Notes: generated from the sequence alone by a model not told the origin. A DNA stretch of 64,000 nt from Lingula anatina (GCA_051362555.1 CM120646.1:9796001-9860000), one strand, 5' to 3'. Counted from the stretch's first letter, positions 38,801 through 53,800 are shown. Made by a program: numbers and translations.

Positions 38801-41800
38801 GAGAATGTTACCGATCAATACGAAAACTAGGCCAAGTGCAACAAAAGTATTGATTGGCTACTTGAATGGGGAAAAAACCCTTTTTGACTAATCATAACAG
38901 ACGTTACAACTGCTTTAGCAGTTGAAGAACAATGCGGAAGTAAACATCGTCGAAGTGTAGTGTGTGCGGACGACGATGTTTTTTTCTTCAAATATGTTTA
39001 GTTCGGGCAAGTTAGGGTACAGAACTGCATAATTTAAACATGCCCGTGAATAAATAGATGTGCCCACGGGCATTCTGAAGGAAAATTTTTACTTGCCCTG
39101 CTGAGACTATAAATTTCCACAAAATATCATTTTATGTATTATATATAAGTATACAGGAACAGCAAAAGGAGATTCTTCAAGATGCATTTAATGTTTATTG
39201 ATTTCAAAATAGAGTTATCCTTAGAAGCCTTCACATTCATAAACTATATATTAAAACAAGGCAGCAAAGTTGTCATATGTACAGACCAATATCAGCAACA
39301 GGACTGTTTTAAAAAATTCAGGTAGTATCAGGTGAAATACTGATAAAATAGAAGCAAAGTAATGTGACTTGTTAAAAACTGTTATACATCTCGTACATAT
39401 AAATTCTTACCTCATATTTGATTTTTGCCAAGTCCATGAAGGCATGGGTTACTTCTGTCAGCTTGCTGAATGGAGGCCTAAAAATTAATCACCATCTGAT
39501 TATATTGTAACTCATTTGTTCATATTTTGCTAGGACTACACAGAATGTGCGCTTACTTTAAAGCAAAGCTCAATACAGAAGCATATATCAATAACAGAAC
39601 CATGGAACCAGCAAGTAACCAGACATAAATAAAGGGGGGGGGGGGGGATTAAGTTTTGGAGATATAAGGGACTACATGTGTGTATCTTTGCTGAGTTACT
39701 GTTTTACAGAGTTATAGTTATGTGCCATGAATTTGGTACAGAAGAAAATAAATGAAATAACAAAAAGATAGTTTTGGTTGAAATTCATGAAATGTATTAA
39801 GCCTTGCACATTGAAGTTTTAATAATAATTGGTCCTTAGATCATAACATGCAACTTTTCATATATATACAAGTTCACAACAATTATCTGATGCAAGTCCA
39901 TTAAAAGCAGCATGAAGATAAAGGGGTAAGTATTTTATTGATTAAGTCTCCAGAAAGTGTACCTCCCTTTTAACTATTAAATTATCTTAAATATTTGAGA
40001 CTACTGATAGTTTTACACATTAGCTGCCAAGTCAATTATAACTTTGATAGACACATCTTTTTTCATTACAGATTTTCATAAAATACTGTATTATTTCACT
40101 TTTCAATCAGTTTTGAACTTGGTACATATTGCAGGTATTTGTTTTATCATATTTATTTTGATCCCAATGAATAAAGTTCGTTCCATATTCTAGACAATCA
40201 TGATTTTTTTTTTTTTGCAAAATGGCCGCCAATGCTCAATGAGAAGTATTAATTTCCATATATTAGGCTAATTAAATTGGTCAAAACACAACTTTGGCTT
40301 ATTTGTGTGCTAGAAACATGTTAGTATAGTTCTCCCTACTATTTGGATAAGTTCTGGTGCCATAAAAAATATAACATGGTCGACAACAGCCAGGGAAAAC
40401 ATGCTTTCCACAAGATGATTGCACTAAATGTTAAATTTTATCATGTTTTTCATTTTTACTTTTGAACTAAATATATTACAGATTTTTAGTTGGTTTAGAT
40501 CCATTTTATGGAAACAATGCACTATTCTAAACAATAAATATTGTACAAGTTGACCCTAATTTCCCATAGAGTAATCTTTGAAAGATCTAAAATCTTGGAT
40601 CATATCCACAATTCTCAACAAGGACATAACTAACATTGCATTTTGGTGTCATTTCACCAGTGTACCTGAAGTAATAGATACAAAAAAAGTTGCCGAGCTG
40701 TACGTGAAACATTTCAAGTGTATTGCCAATATACACAAGTAATTTTCTTATATACAGCTCGGCGACGAGTGATGTATCTGGCTTAAACCACGGCCTCTGA
40801 TTGGCTAATTCACTAGTGAGTAGCAGGAGTGTAAAATATGCACTCGTACATGACATGCTTGTATGTCGAATACAGCACGGTCGAGTCTTTTATTCTACAC
40901 GCTAGGCATGGTTTAAATGGTCTTAAACAGCAATTTCAGATCATAAACTAGAAAAGCACTCTGAGAGCGCAGACCTCCGCCAAGGCAGCAAAATCTCCAC
41001 CCATGCCATTTCACCCCTAAATTTTCATTCTAAAATGATTTAGTTTTTTTATTATTGATTGAATATTGATATGGATCACCACCAAAAACTAATCATCTGT
41101 TCCTTGGCCCACTTCTGACAGTTCCTGAAAATTTCATCAAATTCTGTCCATAACTTTTTCTGTAATGTTACTAACATACAGACAAACTAACGGAACCAAA
41201 AACATAACCTCCTTGGCGAGGTAACAAGCTTGCATGTTCTTAAGCAATGAGCTGGCTATTAATGGTCTGACTTCCAATTGCAGTTGTCTCCCTTCACACA
41301 TTCTCACATTGTGAGCAGAGGTGTCCTCCATTGTGAAGGGCTCATTTTGGCCATTTTGGTTGAACATTCTTGGTAATACATTCTTGGTATAATAGTACAT
41401 ACGACCTACTGTACTTTCGTGTAAGTGAAAGGTAAACAGCTAGACCTCTCTGTAGATATAAGATAAATTTGAGCACACAAAATAATATAAGGAGAATAGT
41501 AAAAATAAATTAATTGTAATAAACCCCAAATCACAATTTTTGGTGAAAGCAAGATATTTCATTCACCACCTTAAATGTTATTAATCTACTACTGGGCATA
41601 CAGCTGCTCAAGAGGCTGCCAATAACAAACACCAGTCACATTCCATTCTATTGTCCAGGAAAGCAGTAGCTGTTATATCAGCAGTTGCTCCCACAACAAA
41701 AGGCACCTAAGCTAGCCATTGTGATAAAGGAAAGGAATCCGTCTTTATGGATCAGGGTCATAGCACAGCAAAATTATTCTACAGCCTTTCCACAGCGACA

Positions 41801-44800
41801 AATTAGGACAAGGAAGAAATCTAACAGGGATTCTAAAAAGGCTAACTTATTAACTAAGATAGCATCAAAATTTTCTAATCTAAACCCAGAAGAAAGTGGA
41901 GTATTGTTAGCTACTTGGATCTTAATCAACACTGCCTAAAAGGTGAGTTTTAAAAAGACATGTGACTCTTGCCCTGGAAATAGAAACTACATGTACAGTT
42001 TAGATGTTATACATGATCACCATTTCTATGCTGAATTTGCTAACAATCAAGTTCTATCAAAGTGACACTAAATACCACACAAGTGCTTATTTATACTGCA
42101 TAAACTTCTAAACCTTAAAGCCTTATAGTTATGGTGCTTAGTTATGAATTTTACATTTCACCCATGTACCTAAAGCGGGGGCATCCTTTTTAATACATAT
42201 CCCAACTCATAGCATCCACCACGAAGCCACAGAGGTTATAAGAACAATACAAGGTAAAAACATAATAGCATGCTGAACATTAACACTAGGTAGGGTAATC
42301 ATTATGACTTAATTAATTTTTCCATTTAAACCTCCCATCAAGCAACTTAAAACTTTAAAAGAATATACATGGTCATAAAATTACCCAAGACTGTAATAAT
42401 AACAGATGGAACTGATTTAAAGCTCTTTCATAAATTCAGAAACTTACTTCCTGGCAAAATTAATCAATTTTCTTTATGTCTGCCACTGTTAACACAAATA
42501 TGTCCATATACAGCTTTTATGTGACTTGTATTGGAGCCTATAATACATGTAAGTCTTAACTAGTTATAACATAACATGAATAGAAAAAAAAAATCCAATT
42601 TTATTGTGTTCCAAATACTTTTTAAAGTGAGTGATGAAGTAGCATTTTTAATTATTCATTATATGTTTCAGTTTGTATAGAGTAAAATAAGGTAACTCAA
42701 TTAAATGAGAAACCATATCTTTGATTAATAAGAACATCCGCAATATCATTCACCTTGTTCAATCAGTTTAACCCCATAGAGGCCGTCACCGCATATGTGC
42801 GGTTCAATTATCGCTTACCCCAAAGGCCAGAACTGCATATATGCGTATCCTAGAAAGATCGTCTTCTGTACTCTTTTGTATCGTGAGTCATGAAATGATA
42901 TATAATTAACATCTGGATATGTTTCTTGTCTCTTATTTCTACCATTTTTTAAGGACGATAGAAATATATATGAGCGAGAAAACGGCGATTTTTTAGACTT
43001 AATTGGAGAAAGTCAAATCAAGATGGCAGCTCCTCGCTACGGTAGGGGCCGGTGAATGGATACTGTTGTTGATTTGATTGAAAACTAAAACATTGATGTA
43101 TGCCCTTATCTTTTCTCACCTGGCCCATTTGTGACTTATCCTTAATTTTATTAAACCAAAATCCATCCATGACTTTTCACAAAATCCTTCAAACAAAAAA
43201 CTAACAAGACCAAAAACATAACCTCACTGTCAGAGGTAATTAAATATAAGTATGCACCATATAATAAATTTTAATGATATGTTACTATTTCAGTCAGTGT
43301 GACCAGCATGGGATAGCAGAGCTTTCTAGTATGTTACTATTTCAGTGTGACCAGCATGGGATAGAGCTTTCTTGTATGTTACTATTTCAGTGTGACCAGC
43401 ATGAGATAGCAGAGCTTTGTAGTATGTTACTATTTCAGTGTGACCAGCATGGGAAAGCAGAGCTTTCTAGTATGTTACTATTTCAGTGTGACCAGCATGG
43501 GATAGAGCTTTCTTGTATGTTACTATTTCAGTGTGACCAGCATGGCACAACACAGCTTTGTGATATGTTATTATTTTAGAGTGACCAACATGGGACAACA
43601 GGGCTCAAAGACCACAAGCAGACATCCTGTTTCTCACAATCAATCTGGTAGACACCACCTGCGTCACCACCCACACCAGCATCACATACTTGTAGCAAGC
43701 AGAAATGGACCACACCCAGCCAGACGGCTCTTATCCTCTCCAATTCATCAAACAGGGCAGAAGAAACCAATTACAACAACTTCTCACAGCATGTTCAAGC
43801 CTGTGGTTACCGGGAAGGTCTTTAATATTGGTGATGACACAAATTGCATAGACCCCACGCATGACAACATAGGTAAGTTGTTCCAACATATAAGCCATAT
43901 TGATCTTTTCAATAAGGAAAATCATGAATTATATAGATATCCAATTTTTTAAATCATTAGTACTGAAAATTAGGACATTTCTATTGTGATAGCAACAAAA
44001 CTGAATGGCAGGCTACTCTGTAGTTTTGTTCTATGAAAGCACCACAAATGCTACACAGAAATATATTTTCAGTGATTCCAAAGTTATGTATTTAAAAGAT
44101 TGATATTTAAAAAAAATTTTTTTCTTATTGAAAAGACCGAGTTATTACCATACTTTAAGATGGACAACATGCGTTAGACTATTGGGTAGGAATAGGTTTG
44201 AAGCAAAATTTAAATAATATTTGTGTTAAGGGGGATGTTTTAAAATCACTTATACCAGTGTACCTCCACTGATCTACCAATCATCCTTGCGTATTGCATA
44301 TTATAAATTTTAAAGGAAAACCATGTTAGTTTTTATTCTGAAAATTACAGAACAGTTGTACAAATTAGCACAGGGCATAGCAAATTTCAAATGCCAGAAA
44401 AAAATTCCACAATAAAAGGGAAGTGTCAAATTGGAGATTGTCCAAGTAAATTGCGGTTTCTCAAGGCTCATCAATCATTCTTTTGATGATATAATACTGG
44501 GAAAAGTGCTGTGCACATTTAGAGGATGATTTGAGCTGACCTTGTTATGATTATTTTACCTTATAAACCTTGTTCTTCTTAATTAACACCCAAGCTGAAG
44601 TGTATCCCCAATGCTTAATCACTAGCAATTGTTACTTTTTTCAAAGCTGTGCTTTATTCTCCAAAAGAATCAACATGTATTGTGTTTGTGATTGACCAGG
44701 TAGATAATGCACACAAGTTATTTGATACACTTGGGAAATGTTATAAAACAAAGCAGGAGGGCTGTCAAATGGACAGACAAAAAGCAGAAAAAAGATGCAC

Positions 44801-47800
44801 GAAACAAGTTATTTTGTCATTTTAACGCAATAATACATATGCTTCACAGCAAAATCAATTGCAAATATTAATTCTGCAGTGGGTATCATGGACATTGAGA
44901 AAATATAATAAGCATAGGGCTTCAGGCCTATGAGAGGTCATAGTCACACAATTAAAATCTCAATGTTTAAAAAAAATTAAAATTTCACACAAAAAATGCA
45001 TAGCTAAAAAAAGAAAAAAAAATGGTTTCCCACCCAAGCTGTACTTAGTTATGGGAATCACCCTAAAATTTTAAGTTTCCTTTTTGTGGTTTTATTTGTC
45101 AGTGAATAAAAAATAGTGTTTTTGTCAATTTTGATAAAATATAACATTATGGTTAACAGCATAATCATCAATCTTATTGATACTATAAGTATCATAGTAT
45201 TCAGAAAATGGATTTGGGTAGGAATAGGTTTGAAGCAAAATTTAAGTAACAATGTGTAAGGGGGATGTTTTTAAATCACTTATACCAGTGTACCTCTGCT
45301 GATCTACCAGTCATCCTTGAGTATTGCATACCATAAAGGAAAACCTAAATGAATTATTTTGCTATATAAAGGTCTTATGCATGTTGCCTGTCTTTAAAAA
45401 TCAATAGTTGTAAAGATCAGAAATAGAGGAATAACGTTTCATTAAAGCAGGAAAAGCCTCTACACTTTGAAAATTAAGTAAACAATGGATGAAACAGGTG
45501 AAGCTGGCAAATGATGATAAGGAGAACATAATGTACAATTAAATGTTATCAAAGTTCTTTTTTTTTCATTGAGAAATTGCACTGCTGCTGATCTTATCCA
45601 TATATCTATCATCTTTGTCAATGTTCATTCATATACAGAGACTAGCCAGATGAAAAATCTAGCAAAGCATAGTGCCCTACACTCTGTTGAAAGACTCTTC
45701 AATTCCGTTAAAGATGGTGATGGGTTGGCAAGTTCAGAGGACAATAGGTTTAACACCAGTGAGATAGAGCTAATGGAGCTAGGGACACGTGGGGCCTTAG
45801 AAAGACCACCATTTGAGCAGCAAGACAACTGGAGCTTCCAAACCTCGTCTAACAACACTGGAACTGAAGCCAATCTGTCATTGCCACAAGACATCTCAAA
45901 CATTAAGAACCCAAAAAAGCCTTTTGTCAAAAACCCAATCATTTCTGGGGAATTATTCATGCAGCCTGATACAAAAGACACTGCCTCTGAACCAAAGTCC
46001 CAAACAGATAATAATGATCAAAACAATGAAAATGAAACCAATATGCACAAAAGGAAACAATTTGATTCTGGTGTTCTAGTGAAAGATGACATACTAGGAA
46101 AGAAGGTTATGTCCACTGGAAGAGAGCAAACACAAGATCAAAATAAGGTTCAGCCAAAGCTCTCTGATGATCATCGTGACTCAGATCTTCCTCAGAAGAT
46201 GAATGCCATTGATGTAACTGGAAGATGTCAAACACATGTGATTAATTCTCCATTACACAGAGACCATATGAAAAAGAATGAAAAAGTAAAAAAGAAAAAA
46301 AAGAAGAAAAAGGCAATTAAACGTGACATGGATGATATTGCTGAATCAAGTAAAAAAGATACATGTAAGGAGCGTTTCTTCTTTAATTTTGGGAATGGGG
46401 AACAGTTAAGTGATCAGAAAGCTGTGTTTTCACTTGAGCAAGTGGTAATTACCAAAAATCCCACAAAGGAAAATCAACTAGGTCTGACTGACTTACAAAA
46501 GGTAAAAGAACTTGGATGTACTGTTCAGAAGAGTAATGACAATCAAAAGTCACTGCACAATCTGTCAGAAGATCCTCATCAAGATGCTGTTTCTGAAATA
46601 GCAATAAGCCTGAAAGAAAATGTGAACATAGAAAGAAATAATTGGATACAGAGATCACAAGACCCTGCCAGTGATCAGAAATGTGTTGATAATGAGGACT
46701 ATGACAATAATACAAAGGCATGCATCAGTGCAAATCTGATCAGCGTAAGGGTTCCTGATGACCCAGATCCCATGAGGTTACACGACCAGTGCCAGTTGGT
46801 GCAGGCTGCAGGAGCAGGGGATTTAGACTGGCTAAGGAAACTGCTTTGTTCAGGAGTCAACCCCAACAGTAATCATCCTATGAACAGGAACACAGCTCTA
46901 CATTATGCTGTAGGTCTGGATTACAACACTGCTGCCAGCATGGTGAGTCTTCTTCTGCAGTATGGGGCAGACCCCAACCTATGCAACTATAGTGGTGCTA
47001 CACCACTTCATGAGGCTATAATCCACCAACAGACCTGCTGCGTGGACATGTTAGTGGCCAATGGCAGCAATGTAAATGCTATCTGGACCAGTGCCAATAC
47101 AACACCTATTAACCTAGCAATACACTGTGGAAACCCTGATATAGTCCGCACGCTTCTACGAAAGGGAGCCAAAATGCAGTCTTTTGTGCCTCAACTATTG
47201 CCAAACAATTCTCATCAGGGTATCCATAATATACCCAACCAAGTCCAAGACTGTCCTCTCCGGATATTGGTACAAAAATGGAAAGCTAGGTCCAGCAGTG
47301 AAAGATGTGCCACCATTCTACGTACTCTGATTGAAGGTGAAAATGATGTTGTGAAATGCCTTAAACATGATGTCAGTCTGTGGTCAATCCTGAACAAACT
47401 GCATGACAGCAAACATGGCCACTTTGCAACCCTGGAATTAATCACTATTATCTTAGAGATGGGATACAGACCTACGGTACCAGAAAGGAGTCTCATAAAA
47501 ACTATTGACAAGTCCAAGCATGACTGGATGCTGGACTATCTGAGCAGTGCTCCTCCTCTAAGTGACTTATGTCGTAGGGCAGTGAGACGAGCTCTATGGC
47601 CAAATGTCCTCTATGGCGTGGACAGGCTGTCTGTGACAGACCAGGTCAAAGATCAGCTGCTGTTACTACAGGAATCTACTGAACTGTAAATTAAGGCAAA
47701 CAAAAGATGTGCTGGCAGGAAAAGGTAGATTCATTTTGAAATTAGATTCTTATTCCTACAATGATTTTTTTTTTTTTTGTAAAATATTATTGCAATGCTT

Positions 47801-50800
47801 TCTTCTGTTCATTGTCTCTACGTAAGCCTGCTTTTCTGTCCAGTTCAGAATAAGTTACTCTGAAAATTTTAGAGCAGAATGGGCAACAAGCTCTTATTTT
47901 AGATAATTTTTGAAATGTTTTGCAGTACATTTCAACAAAATTGTGCGCTCAAAACATTGTTGCATTCAAAATTTGCAGTGACTGATGAGTATAAGAATTT
48001 TTTTCTTTATAGCTTTAACTTTATTTGCAAGTAGGTATTCAGTTGTGATAGTTTATGGGGAATTTATATTACAAATAATTTATTTGCCATGAAAATGTCA
48101 TCGGTAAATCAATAACAAATTGGTAACAATGATTGTAATAGCAGGGGTCAAAACAGAATTTGGGCAGGACTGGCCAATACAGACCAGTGGACCTTAGAGG
48201 TACTGGTTTCAAGCTACTAGATAACGAAAACGCATACATGTTTAACATCCATTTTTATTTCTATATGATTATCTAAACACATTCATATTCCAGTCAGTTC
48301 CTTTAACTGTTTGTACACATCCTCCTCTGCTAGCTCATCATCATCATAATATATAAAAAATAAAATGGATATATAAAAAATTAGTATGAAATAAATATAA
48401 CTTTTACCTATATCTATATTTTAATCTTAAAAATTTAATTTAATTTTAATTGCTGGGGTTGAACGCGAAACGAAAAAAGCTTCTCTCAGACTTTACTAGC
48501 CCGAACCAAAAAACACTAGCCCAATTTAAATAATTCATTTAAAAAGTTTAAGCAGATGTTGTAAGAGTTTTGGTTACTGTACTTTCTTATGAACCTTATT
48601 ATAGAAGTAGAGCAAGTGAATAAAGTCAATCAGGTTAATTACCAGTTGATAGGGTGGTAAAATTAATTAAAAATACATTTAATTCTTTTAATATTGAAAA
48701 AATTCTTTTTTTAAATTTGTAATACTGAATATAGTTACCCTTACTTTTCATATTTTCATTATATCTTTTTTTCCATTTTTTATATGCAATCAAAATCTTT
48801 TTTTTTTTTAATTCCTATTCTTTTTATTGACAATGGCTCTTTTCTGACAATTTATTTCCAATTACATCGGTATATAATGCCACTTCTAATTTAAAATACA
48901 TAGGTGCTGTAAGGGTAATTAAACAAACATCTTACAATTTTTTGGTAACAATTCTTTTGGTCATATATTTTTAAAAACAACTTTTCAAGGACTTTATCAG
49001 GACAAAGTGTGGAGGGGTAGCCATGGCATAAACCGAACTATCCCACATTGTCAAGAATAGTTCATAGGGTATTTATGTAACTGCCATGTATTTACTCATG
49101 GACATTAAAATTGTAAATAAAAAATATAAACAAAAAAGGAAATAGAATACTGTACTCCACCCCTCAGTCTGCTAAGTGGTTCTAACCTAAATGTTCTATG
49201 AGATAACGCATACATTACACTTGCTTCGGAGACAGTGTTGTTTTGACAAAACCTGTTGCTATTACCAAAGAATTCCGGTCTGATCCAGTTTCTTGATTGA
49301 CAGCAATTTGTAGCCATGACAACAAACTAGTCAAATAAAAAGATGCCGACACGCTGATCAGACAGACTGCTACTATTAATAACTACAGTGAAGTTATTTA
49401 TAGCAACTAATCAATATTCAGTAGTTTGAGCTAGGTGTGAGTTTTTTTCAACTGAGAGGCATATCATACTATCTAGAAACGTCAAATTAGAGGCAGGGAC
49501 AAAGAAGACTGGCGACTCATATTTTTGAAATCTTACTGAGTGTTAAAATAGGTTCAAAATTACAACTAGCCCGTGCCACTTTAGGTAGGCAATTGCCTAG
49601 GGCTAGTGCTTAACGTCGCAGACTGTGGGTTTGGCAACGATGTTCGGCACTTTTCAGCGGTCGCCAAAACGGACCAGTACCCCTGACAGGTAGTCGCCCG
49701 GGACGTTTCTAAGTCGCATTGGCGAGTGGGCGACCGTCTGTTTCGACCCCTGTAATAGGTAGGCTAGTTTAGCAAAGGATAACACAAAAACAGCTATATG
49801 CCAGAATTGTTTGTCAGTGACTCTAACAAGGATGTCATTGAGAAACTTTGTGTATCACAAAGAGAGTAGATAATGTGAAGTGATAATAACAATCACACAA
49901 TATTACGATGATCACTATAGCCTTCTAACTTATCTACATCATGCCAATTACCTTGGTGTGTTGAAGACTGTAAATTTCCAGAAATTATCATTTTGGATAA
50001 TAAATACATCCAGCAAAAGGGCTTCTTTATCATGTGTTTAATGTTTATTATTATTGAAGATTTTCAGAATATATCAAAGTTTTAAGATGCATGCAGTGCC
50101 ATAAAAGTAATAAAAAGCCCATTTTCACATTCTAGTCTCATGATTGACTCACATCATTTTGTTTTTGTGAATTCATCTCTGACAGGCAAACTGAAGTCAC
50201 TGAAATAAGCTGCTTAAAACATTAACATGCACAAAGTAAATTAATAACTAACCCAAATCTTATATTTGGCCACATCCAAGTGAAAGTTAGACTGCCTTTA
50301 AGTTCTCTCCTCACCTTGTGGCTATGACCTTTGCACCTCCAGCTTCAAGTAATCTCTTGAATCCACCTTCCTTACTTATCTCTGTACAGATGATCACATT
50401 CCAGCCTTCAAATGCCCCAGCACATTTACAATGCTGTAAGGAAATTGAATAAAATGATTGTCATGTGTTCTGTTCCTGACATTGTTTGTGCAGATTCCGT
50501 ACATAACAATAAAGTAAGACATCTTAAATGGCAATCAAAGAACTAGGAAAAAAATTTATATACTTTTGATCAAATGTATCATACATGTAGTTATATAACT
50601 TCTCAAGAATGGGATCTAAATTGATCACCAGAAAAGTTTCTTAGAGTTAAATACAAGCAATATTTTCTGGCTTTGATGTTGTTCTAAAGTCTTTCTCTGT
50701 GTTCTTAAGTGTTATATATGGACTATTTGTCAACCAATTTAATGTTGTTCTAAAGTTTTTCTCTGGGTTTGTAAGTTAGTGTAATGTAAGTCTGTTTGTC

Positions 50801-53800
50801 AGTCAATTTAATGTTCTAAAACCTTTCTCTGTGTTCTTAGTATTATATATAGACTGTTTGTCAACCAATTTAATGTTGTTCTAAAGTCTTTCTGTTGTTT
50901 TCAGCATTATATTGATTAATTTTAATCTGTTTGCTGACCAATTCAATGTTGTTTCACAGCCTTTCTCTGTGTTCTTAGTGTTATATTAGTCTGTTTGTTG
51001 ATGAAAAGGTGGGTCAGTGGATTAAAAGTTTAAAAGGGTGTTTATCTGACAGATTTCTAAAAAAATGTTTCCATGGCACCTGAAATTGACAACTCTTTTT
51101 GCAAGTCTTAACCAGAAAAGATTTTGTACTTCCGTATGTATTGTTTGTCATTATTTCCCATGTCAAATCCTGATGCATATGAATAATTTGCTATTATATT
51201 AGTTTAAAACAGTTTAAATAAATGATGAAATGAGGACCTTTTTTGGTGAATGGACCAAATGGAATGACCGAATGGAATGGTCTGTTAGACCCCATTCCCA
51301 TAGATTTTAGATCGATCTATCCCTGTGGGGAGTCTCACTAGATTACTGTCAGCTTAGCTGGCTGAAGCGTCTGTCCCGCCTACTAAAAGCTGTAAGGGGG
51401 TAATTAACTATGGTGCACGCTCGGCTGACTTAGGTCGTTCTAAATCTAAATCTCTGGGAATGCACCCTTACATGTATGTACCTCCAAAAAGCATCAAGAT
51501 AAACCTTAAGGCAACATCATCAAACTACGTGATCACATATACAATACTGCCACCAGGTATTGTACCACCAGTGAGATTAAGCACAAAAGTACAATATATG
51601 ACTTCTTCTTCAAGTTCAACAGTAACTATGAGTTTATTCTGCTAGTTTTGGAGACACAGTGGCTAGAAAAGAAAAGTGCAAAAGAAGATCAAAGGTCGAA
51701 ATAAGAAAGTCATATTAACATGCCCTATATATGATTTCCTATTCAAGTCCAGTAGTAACTATGGTGTAGTGATCCGTTAATTAGAACTGATAGTCTTCTA
51801 AATTTGCATACATCAGATATGTATATATTTGTACGTTTTAATTATTCAAATATACATAGACATGACATGTTGCATGGCAGTTTAAGAGAAGTTCATTTAA
51901 AATGCAAATCAAGATTTAATTTAAATGTATCTACAATTAAGTTAATGTACATAGGCATGGCATGTTTCATGACAGTTACGAAAGCTAATTTGAAATGCAA
52001 ATTAAGATAGAGTATAAAGGCAGTGACTTAGCCACTGAGATAGGACTTACAGACTGAGAGAGTTAGAGATAGTTATAGATACGACAGAAGAGACCTGAGT
52101 CTTCAGGCACTTGAATAAACCATGTAACCTTGAATAAACCTGCCTGTCTCAGTTGTCTTATTGGTGAAAATGTAACTCTTAGAACAAGTGTATAACCACC
52201 GACCGGTTATTACAATGGGTGATCTGTAGCCTCTGATAAAAGAATGGCTACTCTCATCTATCATTCCTAATTATATAGTTACATGTATCATGTTGTAGTT
52301 AAGTGTTTAATATTGTTTTTAATAATCATTAATAGTTACCCCAGTACATCCATATGTATCCATTATCTTATTGGTTTTCCATATATATGCATAACCAATG
52401 TGTAACATCATATTTTAATTTGTGTAACTCAGCTATCCATTTAGTTATAAAAAGGAAAATACATAATTTTCAGGTAAAACATGATTTTGAGTGATTATTA
52501 TCTAGGCTTGACCAAAACATCATAACATCCATGTGCTTAGTGACGAGTAAATGCCATAGTATGAGAACACAATTAAAAATTATGGACACATATTTTTGTA
52601 GATTTCAAATACAGAAGCATAATTATGGCTTTATTCTCTCATACATGCACAATACCACTCTTTTGTTAATGATATGTATTATTGAGGGATAATCAGCTTT
52701 AACAGCAAAAATAATACTAGTTACACTTGTGATTTAATTGAGTGCCGGACCTGTACAAGAAGTTGCTATTGTTTTTAATCAATAGCAAGTGTACATTGAA
52801 GAGCCACAAGAACATGCACATGTATTACGGTAGTATAAATAAAATTATTTTACTGGACTAAATTTACCGTTTTATGACTTGTTAGAATTCATTGTTTTCT
52901 ACCCAATCCTTTTTATATTGGAACTTCCAGATGCATTAAAATATGTCACCCAAAGTGTCAAGGGACATTGGAGATTGTGCATTGACAGTCATGCTCGCCC
53001 TTCATAATACATTCTTAATAATAATGTGCTAAATGATTTTTACAAAAACCATACCATTGGCATGAATCGGAAAATTCTCATTTACCTCGGGAAAATTTGT
53101 TTTATGGTAACTTTTCCTAAAGTATGTACAAATGACAATTAAACAGAACAGAATAGATCACACTGACATAACAAATATCATTAAGTATAAGGGACAATTC
53201 AAGGCTCTATTCCCATAGATTTTAGATCGATCTATCCCCGCGGGGAGTCTCACTAGATTACTTTCAGATAATCCGACTTAAATGTCTGTCCCGCCTACTG
53301 CAAGCTGTAAGAGGGTAATTAACTTTCGTGTCCGCCCGGCTGACAGCTATTTAGCGTGAACCCCCAGGGAGTTAGGTCGATCTGAAGTAGGTCGATCTAA
53401 TCTATGGAAATGGGGTGTAAGACTAATCCATCAAGGTTCCCAAATTTCATTTCAACACACACTGAAAACACTTTTGTCAAAAGGATTGTTTTTTTTCTAG
53501 TTTAGAATTGATTTGCTGGAAAGTGCTACCACCATCTCTGACAACAAAGGACAGTTGCAGTTGATGGATATATGGCAGACGCACAGTGTCTGTCGAAAAA
53601 AATCACTTTTAAAGCTGCTTTGACACAGCCTGCTGCTTGAAATGCTTACCATTCTAGTTTGAGCAATGTGAAGTCTCCATCGATGAGCTGCCTTCCCAAG
53701 TTTTACAACTTGTTCCTTCATGGTGTGTAACAGGCTATCCATGGCTGGACCTCCCCACTCATGGTCAGCTTCCTGAAAGGGGATACATAGAGTGTATTCA

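Noticed and set aside
43274-43579. Repetitive ORF ([16 protein letters not shown])n as a protein, or the array as a CRISPR
   Set aside because: It is a translation of the acceptor tandem array. Units are contiguous with no unique spacers, the context is eukaryotic and there are no cas genes.
45569-45638. ORF-track N-terminus of the 706-aa ankyrin ORF
   Set aside because: It starts at TTG in intron-like sequence. An in-phase acceptor at 45638/45639 joins the upstream ATG exon instead.
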